IMG/VR virus record: IMGVR_UViG_3300025699_000009
Coordinates: 1 to 60,737 of that record
Reading direction: 5' to 3' (one strand)
Source of the DNA: a virus
Lineage: Duplodnaviria; Caudoviricetes
Length of the DNA: 60,737 nt
The notes under the pieces are model-generated. The model ran no database searches, was not told the DNA's origin, and saw only the letters and a list, made by a program, of their open reading frames with translations. Positions 1-9,791 of the stretch are shown here, piece after piece (within the stretch, counting starts at the first letter, position 1; the number at the start of each line of letters is the position of its first letter). The translations under genes and the position numbers were made by a program.

Positions 1-1201
1 CTTGCTCAGGTGCCATCCCATTGATGACATCCCTTCTAAAGTTTGCCATGTATCCCAACACACCCATGATATCACCAATGATAGTTGGAGCAGCAGAGGC
101 TCGCGCGTAGAGACGTGCGCCTCTTCCTAAGAAACCACCGCGTTGATTTATGCGACCACGGGTGGGTACACCCCCTTCGAGACCTACTACGTCGCCCTTC
201 ATACCCATCTTAAGACGATACTTAAACTGAGGAGACATCTCCCGTGCGATACGCATATACTTACGAGGCTGTGCCATGACAGCAGCGAAGTCTGCCGTCC
301 ACAACAGCAAGTCTAAGCCGGGCATCCGCTTCCCGCTTTTCAAGTAGGTGTAATCCGGGAACGCTTGAATGGCAGAGGTAGCCTGCTTCAATATCTGAAC
401 GGCCTTGAATGCGAGAGCTACCCCGGTGTATGCCGTTTGCATCCAACTTAGCGCACGGTTATCGTACATAGCCTGCTTAGCTGAATCGGGGTTGATGGCT
501 TGGTTGATGGATTGTCGTACCGCCCCGGTCATCCGAAGCATATCCATTACGTTCAGAACCGACTCGTTGTTTATGATGGAGTTCAACGTGCGCGTATCTG
601 CAGCGTAAGCCTTGAACCTTTCCATCGAACGGTAGTGGTCATTGAGAGCGGTAGTAAAGCTTGCGCCCTTCATCTCAATCTCACTATCCGTGTCGCTACG
701 TTCTTTCAATCCTGAAGCAAACTCTGCATCAAAGATTGCATTGAAGTCTCCATCTGCCAACAGGTCAGCATCTACCTTGCCGATAGTGCGTGTCGGGAAG
801 TAGTTGGATATGTAGTTTAGGTTTACGTCGTTTACCTCACGATACACGTTGTTCACGCTCTCGTAGTATTCGTTGCTCAGGTAATCAACCGTTGCATCAG
901 CAAAGCCCATCAGCTCAGTACCCAAGTAACTCTCTATCTCTGCAGCAAACGTAGGGTCATCGAAGTCCATGCCCATGCGACGAAGTTTGTCTCGCTGAAC
1001 AGGATTCTTGGATAGAGAGTAGAGCCGCAGGATTTGGTCTTTGTCAAACTCTTCAGTGCTTCTTCGCTTGGGGTTATCAATTGGATTGTAATCAAGCGTA
1101 AGGGTTGGAGAGCTATAGATTTCACGTGATAACGCCTCGTAGCTTTCAAACCCAAACTCTTGAGCCAAAGCATCCATCTTGTTTTCAGTCTGCTCAAAGA
1201 A
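1..1201. repeat. Terminal direct repeat, copy A (divergent from copy B)
   Basis: Colinear with 59537-60737 at offset 59536, with no indels seen. The first 127 nt are identical; dozens of substitutions follow, mostly synonymous in the giant-gene frame. Confidence 0.95.
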
Positions 1202-4200
1202 TCCCTTGAGGTAACGGGTCTCCGCCTTGTTCAGACGGTCGTATACCTGTCGCTTCATCTCCGGCCCTAATGTATTCATGAAGGTGCCGAGGTGCTTCAA
1301 GCTATTGATGACAGATGAAAGTATCTCTTTAGTGTCGCTTACCTTGAATCGAGTTAAGAACTCCTTGGATGCAAGCACCATCCCCCTCGTCCTCTCAGAC
1401 AATCCTTTGCCCTTACCTGAACGCCACAGCCTACCCATCTCGTCCATCTTACGACGGCGGTCGTTTCGATTCATCGGAGTGCCATCCTCGTTGAAGAGGT
1501 CAGGGAACATATCCTTGAGCTGAGCACTGATGGTCTCGTTGATTTCAGAGTTGGCCTCAGCACGAGCGGCACGAGTAGCAGCGAGGATAGTTCGCTCAGC
1601 CAACTGTCCTTCCTTGTACTCCTTCACCAACTGAGCCACCTCCTCCAATGGCATATTGGAAATGTCCGCAAAGTTCTGTAGTGCCAAAGCCTGCAATACC
1701 ACGCGGCGTTCCTTGGTAGTCAGCCCATCAAAGCCTTGCTCTATATACTTAGCCAAAGCATTGACAGACTCTTCGGTCTCAAGCTTAGCGTTCAAAGCAT
1801 CGAGCGCAGCCTGTCGCTTGATGGGGTCAGCGATAGTAGCTGCATCCAAAACTCGCTTTAGTTCAGCAGCAAACGCTTGAGCATCAGCACCCAACCGCCC
1901 ACGTCGTGCCTTCTTACCTGTGCCCGCAGAAGACTTACCCTTCTTGGAATCCTTGGTTACCTCGTTCATCAACTGCTTGATGAGCTGCTTCTTAATCTTC
2001 TCGTTCTGAATCTCTACCTGACCCAACACATATTCCATGTCGGCAAGCAGGCTTGATTCCGTAGCCTTAGCCACTCGGTTAACGAGACGGTTTATCTGAG
2101 CTTGGCTATAGATACCTGACTTCGGCATATTGGCTCGGATGAACTGAGACAAAGCTCGCTTCGCTTCCTGCAAACTTTGGGCACCCTTCCTACGCTGACG
2201 GATGTTGTTACGCAATGCAGATATCTCCTGCGTAATGTTTCGGTTAGCAGAGATTTGTAGGCTACGGTCAAGAGCAGAAGCAAGTTCCTCCTGTACCTGT
2301 GCGCTTTGGGATTGGTAAACAGGGTTAGCTCGCAAAGCTTCGAGAGCTTTGGCTCGTACCTGCCCACGTGTGGGGTTGCTGCGTGAGTTAGCGAATCGCT
2401 TGACCTCGTTCCTTACGTCCTCAAAGATGCGCTTGCCTACGCTCATGCCACCCTCTACGTTTCCAAACTCAGATGGTACCTGAGTAAGTAGGTCATAGTA
2501 TTCGGCGAGGGCTTCGTTTACTTCCTTGGCTTGATACCCACGGTCAGTCAGCAGCTTCTTTATGGAAGCGTCAGAGTATCCCTTTTCTCTACCCACGCGG
2601 ATAACATCACGCATAGACATCGAAGCGTTGTCGGTGCCTGTCATGAACTGCATGGTCTCAGACAAACCAACCTGTTCTGCTTCAGCGAACAGCTCGTTCT
2701 CTGAAAGCAGGTCAACCACTACCGCCTGAGTAAACTCATCAAGGGTCATGTCCTGAAGCTGCTCAGATGTAATGTCAGAGATACCCGTAAGCTCCTTGAT
2801 AAAGTTGAACAGGTCTTGCAACCACGCCTTGAAGTTTCGCTTCTGTGCTGCCGATGTGAATGATTCACCCTTGTTTCCGATAGCAATGGCTAACGCTTCT
2901 TCGCGTGTGTACGCATCTATCTCTGCCTCGGTAGCTCCGTTCTCACGCATCGCCTTGATGACACGCTTGTAGTTACGGCTGTTCCTTACCTGCTCCATGT
3001 ATGGGCTGTCCTCGACAAGCTCCATACCACGCTGATACGCTTCAGGGTTTAGCTCCTTTGCCGTGTTCAACCATATGTGACCGAACTCGTGGATAGGAGT
3101 ATTGTAGTTCTCAAGCGCAGGATTCAGGTAAACCTTTCCGTCAACCACCACACCGTAAACCTTTTGGTCTTTGGTTGTAAGGGCATTGGCATTGGCATCA
3201 GCCATCAACGTATCGAACTGCTCTTGGTTGGTGACTACCTCTACCGATGGGAACGCAGCACTGAGACGATTAACGAACTGCTCGTACTGCGTAGCCACCG
3301 GAGCCGCTGTGGTAGACGGAGTCCCTGCCGTCATCATAGCTGAGCGCATAGCCTGAGCCTTGGCTTCAGATGCAACTATAGGTCGTCCTGCTTGGAAGCT
3401 ATCTATCTTGCCATAGTTACGCCGGACAAATCCCTCCACATCCTTCACCTCAGTAAACACTTCTGTTCCGGCAATGGGTAGCCCTCGGTTGTTGTACAGC
3501 TCAACCCTCGTAGTGCCGTCGGGCATCTTCTGAGTCCGTACATCTAACTTCTTTCCATCCTTATCTGTGACCTTGTATTGGTCACGCTGCATGGTTTGTT
3601 GAGCAACCTTAGAGTCAAGCATAGCCAATGCCTCCGGGGTCACGTTCCAAAACGGTACCGTATCCTCCAACAATGCTACTGCACGTCCTCGGATATAAAA
3701 ATCATAGTTGGTGTGTCGTGGAACGCCTTCCGCCTCCTGTTGCTCAGGAGTCATCAGGAAGTCGCGGTAGTTCTTACCGTTCTTTCCGAGGCTTTCCTCG
3801 GTCACCTTATTACCCTCAGCATCCGTTACCTCAAGCACCATGGTCAACGCACCCATAGGTAGGTCGTTTGTGAACTGCTCGATGTTAGCCTTACGGATAT
3901 TCTCCATGGTGGCTCCGATTTCTTTCAATGAAATGTGGATGTCCACCTTGCTCTTCACTTGGTCAGTGGGGAACAGGTTGCGCAGGATGTCCGCTCGCAG
4001 GTCGGTGCTAAGCTTTTCAAGGTTGGTAATAAACTCCTCCATCGTCTGCACGTCTGTGGCATCTTGGACTTGTTTATTCTTAGCAGCACTACCGTACTTA
4101 CGACCACGCAGATACTTCAGTGATTCGTCAAAGAGTTGCTGACTATTCTCCTGCTGCTGAATCAGCTCCATGGCGTAGCGCATGGTAACTATGTTTGAGT

Positions 4201-7200
4201 CAAGCGCGCTTGGCTTCATGTTGTACACCAAGGTATAGTTACCCTTGGCTGCGCCTATGATTATCTTCTTAGCTGAAGCCTCGTCAATCGATGCCCATGC
4301 TGCCTTACCGAAGACACCCTCCTGCAGTGGGAAGAACGGGCCACCCATACGCTGAGAGTCAACCTTGAGTTGGTCAGCCATAGCAAGGTTGATGTCTTGT
4401 CCCACCAACTCTGACAGTGGTATACGCGCTATCTTAGCGACAAGCTCTTGGTTCTCAGTAACCAAGATTGGAACCGTCGCCATGGTCGGTGCTTCTACAT
4501 CAAAATCATTTTCGGCAAGCTCAGGACTCACCTCGTTCATCAGGTCGATAGCCTGCTGCACCTCCTCCGAGGTAGCGAGAGAACCATCAGTAGTTGCCTC
4601 AAGCATGAACTGACGAGTCGGCGAGGTAGCTTGGTCATACTTAAGAACCCTTGTTGGCGTAGTGTATCCTGCAGGCACCTTCTGACGTCCTATAGCACCC
4701 CCGGCTGCGCTCGGCAAAGTCTCAATAACATACTTGTTCTTTTCTGCAAGAGCTTCTTTAATCAACGCCTTCTGAGCGCGGTCAAGCGGAGTGGCAGAGA
4801 TAAACGTGGTGGCGATATATCCGGGACGGTTACCCGTATCTAGCACTGAACCCTCTTCATACAGGGTGTAGTAATAGACACCATCCACCTGCTTTTCTTT
4901 GAAGGTGGTTTTTTGCTCTCTTCCACGTTGTATGTCAAGGGCCATGGGGTCAAAATTTGCATCAACCCCCGGTGGCATTACCTTGGTGCCCGTCATGGTG
5001 AATGCTTCTAAACCATTTCGATTGCCAAACACTGCAAACCTTCCGGCTCGAATAGGAGCCATCATTCGTTCCTTATCAGCGGAGGCTCGCTCTTCAGGGC
5101 TGCGCCTAGTCTCTTGCTCTTGCATTGCCGCAAGGCGACGAGCTTTACCTGCAGACCATTTATTGATAGCTCGACCATAAGCTTCTTGTGATGCAAAGTC
5201 TGACTCTTGCAACGGGAACTGCTCTGCTTGTATCTCTTCAACTGTATTCCCTTCTTGTCTAGATGCCAAAAGCTCCGCCTCAATTTCCGTGTTTGTCTGC
5301 TCAGGGGCGGGGGTTTGAACCCCCGCTTCAGCGGTTGCTGTGGTTTCGTCCACTGCTACCTCCGCCGCAGGCTGTGTTTCTTCTACCGTAGCTTCAGCCG
5401 CTTCGCTCTCGGCTAACACCACCTTGTCAACACGTCGTTGCAATGCAATCTGTTCCGATGTGGACAGCCCACGCTTATCCGCTGCTTTCGTTGCCTTGGT
5501 CAGCGCACGACCTACTGCGGCGAGCTTAGCTCTTTCAGAACGGGTACGGTTAGAAGGCTCCTTCTCCTCAATAGCTTCAATCTCTGCACTCCGCATACGA
5601 CGTAGCCACTTAAAGTATAGCTCTGCGAGCGGGTCAGTCAGGGCTATCTCCTCCTGAGTAGCCGTCTCCTCTACCACGGCAGGTGCTGTTTCCTCTACTA
5701 CCTCAGCTTCCGGGGTAGGGCTAATGCTTTCTACATCTACGCCCGCCAACGTAGCTATACGCTGTAGCTGTTCGGGCGTAGCAGGCGTTCGCCCATCAGG
5801 ACGGAAAAATTTTGGAAGCGGCTTCCCTTGCTTGACGTTTCGGGAAGCTAAGAAAATCTTACGCTCTTCCTGAATAGCTTCTATCTCAGCAGCTTCCTGC
5901 TCTTTTAATGTTTCGAGCGCAGCCGTTTTAGCAGGAGAATCTACGCGCCTTTTAATTTTTGCTCGCTCTCTTTTGTATTTGCCCTTGGCTTCCGATACTT
6001 CCCTTTCTCGTGCGTTGATGTTAAGGGTCATAATATCTACGTCCATCTCACCTTCCGCGACAGGCTCAGGAGCTACCTCCTCAACGGCTGCTTCTTCTAC
6101 TGCCTCAACAGGTGGAGCAAACAACCCTTCATCAACGGCAAGCTCCTCGGAAAGAGCATCGGCCTCTGCCGCCACGTCCTGCTCCTGAGAAGAGAGTACC
6201 TCTTGTTGGAACTTGGTAAGCTTCTTACCTGCGGTTTGTCGAGCTTCAATACCTGCGACGATACCATCAAGGCGGGCAGGGTCAATGGTTCCGTTTCTAA
6301 ACGCAGTTACGTCCGACCGAACGGGTCGGTCGATTACTTCTACTTGCGCTTCTTCTTCAACCGTCGCTTCTGCAGCTTCGTCTTGGGCTTCAATCGGTTG
6401 GGTAGTTTCCCCTGATTCGGGTACTCCTTCTCCCACTTCTGCGCTATCTCCGGATGGTTCGCGTGTAGGAACTTCCTCTGTGCTTGGCTCTTGAATGGCA
6501 TCTTCTTCTACTACTGTGGTTTGAATGTCCGTGTTGGCATCCGCTGCGGCCTCTGCCACGGTCGGCTCAGCATTTATCTTTTCAACAAGAAGTGCTGATG
6601 TCTCAGGGTCATTCTTTACCTGTGAATTTCTTTGGAGTCGTCGCAGTGCGAGCGGGCCTGCGCTCTCAACATACGAAACAAATTCCTCCTTTGTCATGTA
6701 CTGCTTGCCCACCCTGTAGGAAGCTACACCCTGACGGCTAAAGCCTACAATATTCAGGGCATCGAGATTGATAGGGGCTTCGGGTATCTTTCCTGTCTCT
6801 GCTATCATTCGTATCTCCTCATTGATAGCCTTGATAGTTCCTCGGAATACTTCCGCACGGTTACTTGTAGAGGACAGCCCCTCGCGAACTGCCATAAGCT
6901 CCATGAGGCGGGTGCGCTCTTTAGTCTTTCCATCAAGCGCACGACCTATGCTTCCGCTTGGAGATGTAACCTCTAACAGGTCATTGGCCTCTCTTCGAAG
7001 AGCCATGTTTTCAAGGATGCGCTGCCCCTGCTCAGCGGTAATCTTTCCTAAGCGGGTCATGTTATCCGTCCATCGCTGTATCTGAGTATCGCTTGAACCA
7101 TCCTCAGCCATCTTAACAACGTCCATCAGCTCGTTGGCAATACGTTGGTTGTTGTTGCCAAGCGTTGACTTCGCGATGTTCATAGAAGCATTGATGGTTT

Positions 7201-9781
7201 GGTTACCAAAGGCACCACCCGCTTCTGCAATAATTTCTTTCAGGTCTAACTCATCGCCAACCGCAGTCATTGCTGCTGCTTCACCCAAGGCTTCCATAGC
7301 AGGGTCAAACACAGCTCGTTCTGCCACAAATGAAGCGGCTTTTGTTGCTCTACCTGCCGCGAGAGCAGGCTTGAATACCTTGCCTGCAAGTCCACCTGAT
7401 ATGTAATCCATAGCTGCAATGGTAAGTCCACGCTTTGCCCCTCGTTCCTGACCCTCTGCCCACACCTTGGGGTCGTTCAATGCTGCCACCATTTGGTCAG
7501 GGTCGCTCGCATCATAACCGTTAGCAGCCACTGCATCAAGGATACCGTTTGTGTATTCCAACACGAAGCTGTTGATACTCATGCCGAGTCGGATTCCATA
7601 GCCCGCACCTATTACAGCACCGGGTAACGCACCTGTCCCTGCAGTCGCTGTTCCGCCGTAAACCGCACCGATACCTGCACCTGCGGCTGTAGTTCCTGCT
7701 AATATCTTGGCTCCATATGGAAGGATTTGAGCAAGGGAAGCCCCCATCCACTGCAACGACACCTCAAGCGGGTCATTACGCAACGCCCTGTACATCTCTC
7801 GGTCGGTACGAGAGTTATTAAATCGCGTAAGGCCACGCGCCATACGCCCGTCCTTGCTTTCGTTGATGGCAATCAGCTCAGCTACAGCAGCCGCTACTGC
7901 TTGGTCGTCCTCCATATCGATGGTATCAAACCCCATCGCTTGGCCTACAGGACTCATGCGAAGAATAATCTCCGCAGCATTTCCTGTCTTCAAGCCGTCG
8001 CTCCACTCCTTCTGAAAGCCTTCAATGTTTTCTACGAAGTCACGCTGAACAGCTTTGTTCTGCTTGGCATCAAGGTACAGGTTCGAAAGCTCGTACTGTA
8101 GGGCAGCCTCATCCTTGACCGCAAGCACGTCGAGATACTCTCCGATTATCTGATTGTAGACCTCGTACTCACGGGTGGTCTTAGGTGTAAACGTGGGCAG
8201 GTCTTCGATGCCTACGCCAAGAACGCGCATACTCTGCTCATTCAAATTGGCTGCTTGTTGATTTGCAGCTTGGTTGATGGTCGCCGCTTCTTGGGCTTTT
8301 TGCTGACGTTGCCCCTCAAGGTATACATCGAAGTCCTCCTCCATGGTCAGTAGCTCGCTATCACCCACGATATCTACCAACTCTTCTGCTTTGTTAGTAA
8401 GCTCATCAGCTACCATCTCTGCTTCTCCTACGTCAACCCTTCCGTCCTCGTAAAAGTAATCACCATACAGTTCTTTCTCTCGGTCGGTAAGCTCATCGTA
8501 TGTCAACCCCTCAGAGACAGCTTCTTTTAGGAAGTCACGCTCGTCAAGCACACTACTGTATCGGTCTCGTGCCTGTTGAAAGGCGTGGTAGTTTCCGCCT
8601 CGGTCGTTGAAGAACTGCTCGCCCTCTGCATCGACTGTACTTACGCTCTTCCATCCACCCTCTGCAAAATCGTTGGCTTCCTCCTCTGTGGCAAACGTAA
8701 ATATCTCACTGCGCTTGCGCGCTTCTTCGATAGCTTCGTCTCCTGTAAGCTCTAGCCACGTCTCGCTGTTAAGGTTGGTAACAAAGCCTTCGCGGGGGAA
8801 GAGGGTAGGTACCACCTTGTATACGCCGTCCTCTTCGAACGACATCATCAGGTGGGTAGACAGGCTACCATCAGAATTCTTTCGCGCCACAGGGCGCATC
8901 TGCTTAGCCCGTAGCGATTGGTTCGCGTAGTTAGCTTCGGCTACCTCTTCGGGCATACGCTCTCGCCCATCTTGGTAAGCATACTGCTTGATAAACTCCC
9001 TGAGCCTATCAGACTCTGCTACCTCCGTGGTGTTGGTAAACGCATCAAGGTCAATGTCAATGTTTTGGGTGCCGTCATGGTTGATAACCTTCATGGCATC
9101 ACCTCCACCTGCCTGCACAAAGTTGAAGCCGTACTGTCCAAATCGCTCGCGAAGCTGAGGCACCACCTTCTCTTCCTCCATGCCCATCAGCTCAGGCGTG
9201 ATGAAGGTATTAGCCATCTCCTCAACGGGCTTGTAGAAGTCGGAGTAGTTACGCTTCGTCTCCTCAAACATCTCGCGCTTCTTTTGCTCTGATTGCTCTT
9301 GTCGATAGCGGTCACCGAGGCGGTCAAGGGATTGGTTCTGAGCGGCTAACCGCTCTTCGGGGCTACCATATATGTCGGGCTGAGGTTCGTCGATGGGGGG
9401 AGCATCCGCGAAAGCCCTTGAAACAGCTTGGTAATCGAAAGGCTCTTCCTGTTCTCCATAAGACGAAAAGTCCGGTTGCTCAGGTGTGGCTTCCGGAAGA
9501 TTCTCAGTGGCTTCAATGTCTTCAATCGTAAGACCTGACCGCCCCGATAAACCACTTTCCAAGAGCAAGTCCGTAGGCTCGTCTTTTTTTTTTACAGGAA
9601 AATATTTGTCCTTAAACTCCTGACGAGTTTTGGTGTAAAGCCCTCGCTTAGCAACCTCTTCAAATATCTTCTGTTGCCCACCCGGACTAGCCTCATACTT
9701 AGCTACAAACTCCTCAAACGATTTAGTGTAAAGACCCTGTTCCTTGAGGGTATCGTAAAGCAATTTCAGGTTTTCGTTCAT
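1..9781 (-). CDS. Giant virion/ejection (polyvalent) protein, N-terminal ~3,260 aa; completed across the circular junction by 59536-58692 (~3,541 aa total)
   Basis: ATG at 9781 (MNENLKLLYDTLKEQGLYTKSFEEF...). Same frame as the MDALAQEFGF segment at 1177 and the 58692..60713 ORF. Its absence from the ORF track fits a frame with no stop before the window edge. Contains VYLNP...TPIHEFGHIW...EEALA zincin motif (HEFGH at 3077-3091). Confidence 0.88.
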   Translation of the reverse strand, partial: MNENLKLLYDTLKEQGLYTKSFEEFVAKYEASPGGQQKIFEEVAKRGLYTKTRQEFKDKYFPVKKKDEPTDLLLESGLSGRSGLTIEDIEATENLPEATPEQPDFSSYGEQEEPFDYQAVSRAFADAPPIDEPQPDIYGSPEERLAAQNQSLDRLGDRYRQEQSEQKKREMFEETKRNYSDFYKPVEEMANTFITPELMGMEEEKVVPQLRERFGQYGFNFVQAGGGDAMKVINHDGTQNIDIDLDAFTNTTEVAESDRLREFIKQYAYQDGRERMPEEVAEANYANQSLRAKQMRPVARKNSDGSLSTHLMMSFEEDGVYKVVPTLFPREGFVTNLNSETWLELTGDEAIEEARKRSEIFTFATEEEANDFAEGGWKSVSTVDAEGEQFFNDRGGNYHAFQQARDRYSSVLDERDFLKEAVSEGLTYDELTDREKELYGDYFYEDGRVDVGEAEMVADELTNKAEELVDIVGDSELLTMEEDFDVYLEGQRQQKAQEAATINQAANQQAANLNEQSMRVLGVGIEDLPTFTPKTTREYEVYNQIIGEYLDVLAVKDEAALQYELSNLYLDAKQNKAVQRDFVENIEGFQKEWSDGLKTGNAAEIILRMSPVGQAMGFDTIDMEDDQAVAAAVAELIAINESKDGRMARGLTRFNNSRTDREMYRALRNDPLEVSLQWMGASLAQILPYGAKILAGTTAAGAGIGAVYGGTATAGTGALPGAVIGAGYGIRLGMSINSFVLEYTNGILDAVAANGYDASDPDQMVAALNDPKVWAEGQERGAKRGLTIAAMDYISGGLAGKVFKPALAAGRATKAASFVAERAVFDPAMEALGEAAAMTAVGDELDLKEIIAEAGGAFGNQTINASMNIAKSTLGNNNQRIANELMDVVKMAEDGSSDTQIQRWTDNMTRLGKITAEQGQRILENMALRREANDLLEVTSPSGSIGRALDGKTKERTRLMELMAVREGLSSTSNRAEVFRGTIKAINEEIRMIAETGKIPEAPINLDALNIVGFSRQGVASYRVGKQYMTKEEFVSYVESAGPLALRRLQRNSQVKNDPETSALLVEKINAEPTVAEAAADANTDIQTTVVEEDAIQEPSTEEVPTREPSGDSAEVGEGVPESGETTQPIEAQDEAAEATVEEEAQVEVIDRPVRSDVTAFRNGTIDPARLDGIVAGIEARQTAGKKLTKFQQEVLSSQEQDVAAEADALSEELAVDEGLFAPPVEAVEEAAVEEVAPEPVAEGEMDVDIMTLNINAREREVSEAKGKYKRERAKIKRRVDSPAKTAALETLKEQEAAEIEAIQEERKIFLASRNVKQGKPLPKFFRPDGRTPATPEQLQRIATLAGVDVESISPTPEAEVVEETAPAVVEETATQEEIALTDPLAELYFKWLRRMRSAEIEAIEEKEPSNRTRSERAKLAAVGRALTKATKAADKRGLSTSEQIALQRRVDKVVLAESEAAEATVEETQPAAEVAVDETTATAEAGVQTPAPEQTNTEIEAELLASRQEGNTVEEIQAEQFPLQESDFASQEAYGRAINKWSAGKARRLAAMQEQETRRSPEERASADKERMMAPIRAGRFAVFGNRNGLEAFTMTGTKVMPPGVDANFDPMALDIQRGREQKTTFKEKQVDGVYYYTLYEEGSVLDTGNRPGYIATTFISATPLDRAQKALIKEALAEKNKYVIETLPSAAGGAIGRQKVPAGYTTPTRVLKYDQATSPTRQFMLEATTDGSLATSEEVQQAIDLMNEVSPELAENDFDVEAPTMATVPILVTENQELVAKIARIPLSELVGQDINLAMADQLKVDSQRMGGPFFPLQEGVFGKAAWASIDEASAKKIIIGAAKGNYTLVYNMKPSALDSNIVTMRYAMELIQQQENSQQLFDESLKYLRGRKYGSAAKNKQVQDATDVQTMEEFITNLEKLSTDLRADILRNLFPTDQVKSKVDIHISLKEIGATMENIRKANIEQFTNDLPMGALTMVLEVTDAEGNKVTEESLGKNGKNYRDFLMTPEQQEAEGVPRHTNYDFYIRGRAVALLEDTVPFWNVTPEALAMLDSKVAQQTMQRDQYKVTDKDGKKLDVRTQKMPDGTTRVELYNNRGLPIAGTEVFTEVKDVEGFVRRNYGKIDSFQAGRPIVASEAKAQAMRSAMMTAGTPSTTAAPVATQYEQFVNRLSAAFPSVEVVTNQEQFDTLMADANANALTTKDQKVYGVVVDGKVYLNPALENYNTPIHEFGHIWLNTAKELNPEAYQRGMELVEDSPYMEQVRNSRNYKRVIKAMRENGATEAEIDAYTREEALAIAIGNKGESFTSAAQKRNFKAWLQDLFNFIKELTGISDITSEQLQDMTLDEFTQAVVVDLLSENELFAEAEQVGLSETMQFMTGTDNASMSMRDVIRVGREKGYSDASIKKLLTDRGYQAKEVNEALAEYYDLLTQVPSEFGNVEGGMSVGKRIFEDVRNEVKRFANSRSNPTRGQVRAKALEALRANPVYQSQSAQVQEELASALDRSLQISANRNITQEISALRNNIRQRRKGAQSLQEAKRALSQFIRANMPKSGIYSQAQINRLVNRVAKATESSLLADMEYVLGQVEIQNEKIKKQLIKQLMNEVTKDSKKGKSSAGTGKKARRGRLGADAQAFAAELKRVLDAATIADPIKRQAALDALNAKLETEESVNALAKYIEQGFDGLTTKERRVVLQALALQNFADISNMPLEEVAQLVKEYKEGQLAERTILAATRAARAEANSEINETISAQLKDMFPDLFNEDGTPMNRNDRRRKMDEMGRLWRSGKGKGLSERTRGMVLASKEFLTRFKVSDTKEILSSVINSLKHLGTFMNTLGPEMKRQVYDRLNKAETRYLKGFFEQTENKMDALAQEFGFESYEALSREIYSSPTLTLDYNPIDNPKRRSTEEFDKDQILRLYSLSKNPVQRDKLRRMGMDFDDPTFAAEIESYLGTELMGFADATVDYLSNEYYESVNNVYREVNDVNLNYISNYFPTRTIGKVDADLLADGDFNAIFDAEFASGLKERSDTDSEIEMKGASFTTALNDHYRSMERFKAYAADTRTLNSIINNESVLNVMDMLRMTGAVRQSINQAINPDSAKQAMYDNRALSWMQTAYTGVALAFKAVQILKQATSAIQAFPDYTYLKSGKRMPGLDLLLWTADFAAVMAQPRKYMRIAREMSPQFKYRLKMGMKGDVVGLEGGVPTRGRINQRGGFLGRGARLYARASAAPTIIGDIMGVLGYMANFRRDVINGMAPEQ
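5307..5326 (-). repeat. GGGGGTTYRAACCCCC hairpin element inside the giant gene
   Basis: GCGGGGGTTCAAACCCCCGC on the coding strand. Confidence 0.85.
6340..6501 (-). CDS. Nested overprinted 53-aa basic protein (MPFKSQAQRKFLHANHPEIAQKWEKEYP...KKKRK)
   Basis: Alternative frame inside the giant gene. The N-terminus matches the recurrent small phage protein pattern MPFKSxxQRxxxxAxxPEIAxxWE. A at -3. Confidence 0.7.
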   Translation of the reverse strand: MPFKSQAQRKFLHANHPEIAQKWEKEYPNQGKLPNRLKPKTKLQKRRLKKKRK

Positions 9782-9791
9782 AGCGAGCTGT

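Noticed and set aside
1-1201. Divergent repeat pair as a diversity-generating retroelement TR/VR
   Set aside because: No reverse transcriptase; differences are not adenine-specific and are mostly synonymous.
9040-9070. NIDIDLD in the giant protein as an RNA polymerase DxDxD motif
   Set aside because: Lacks the surrounding double-psi beta-barrel context (such as GADFDID); not supportable without a structure search.
261-9555. Numerous 60-130 aa ORFs in the track over the first 9.6 kb
   Set aside because: Antisense or out-of-frame shadows of the giant minus-strand gene, with no recognisable motifs.
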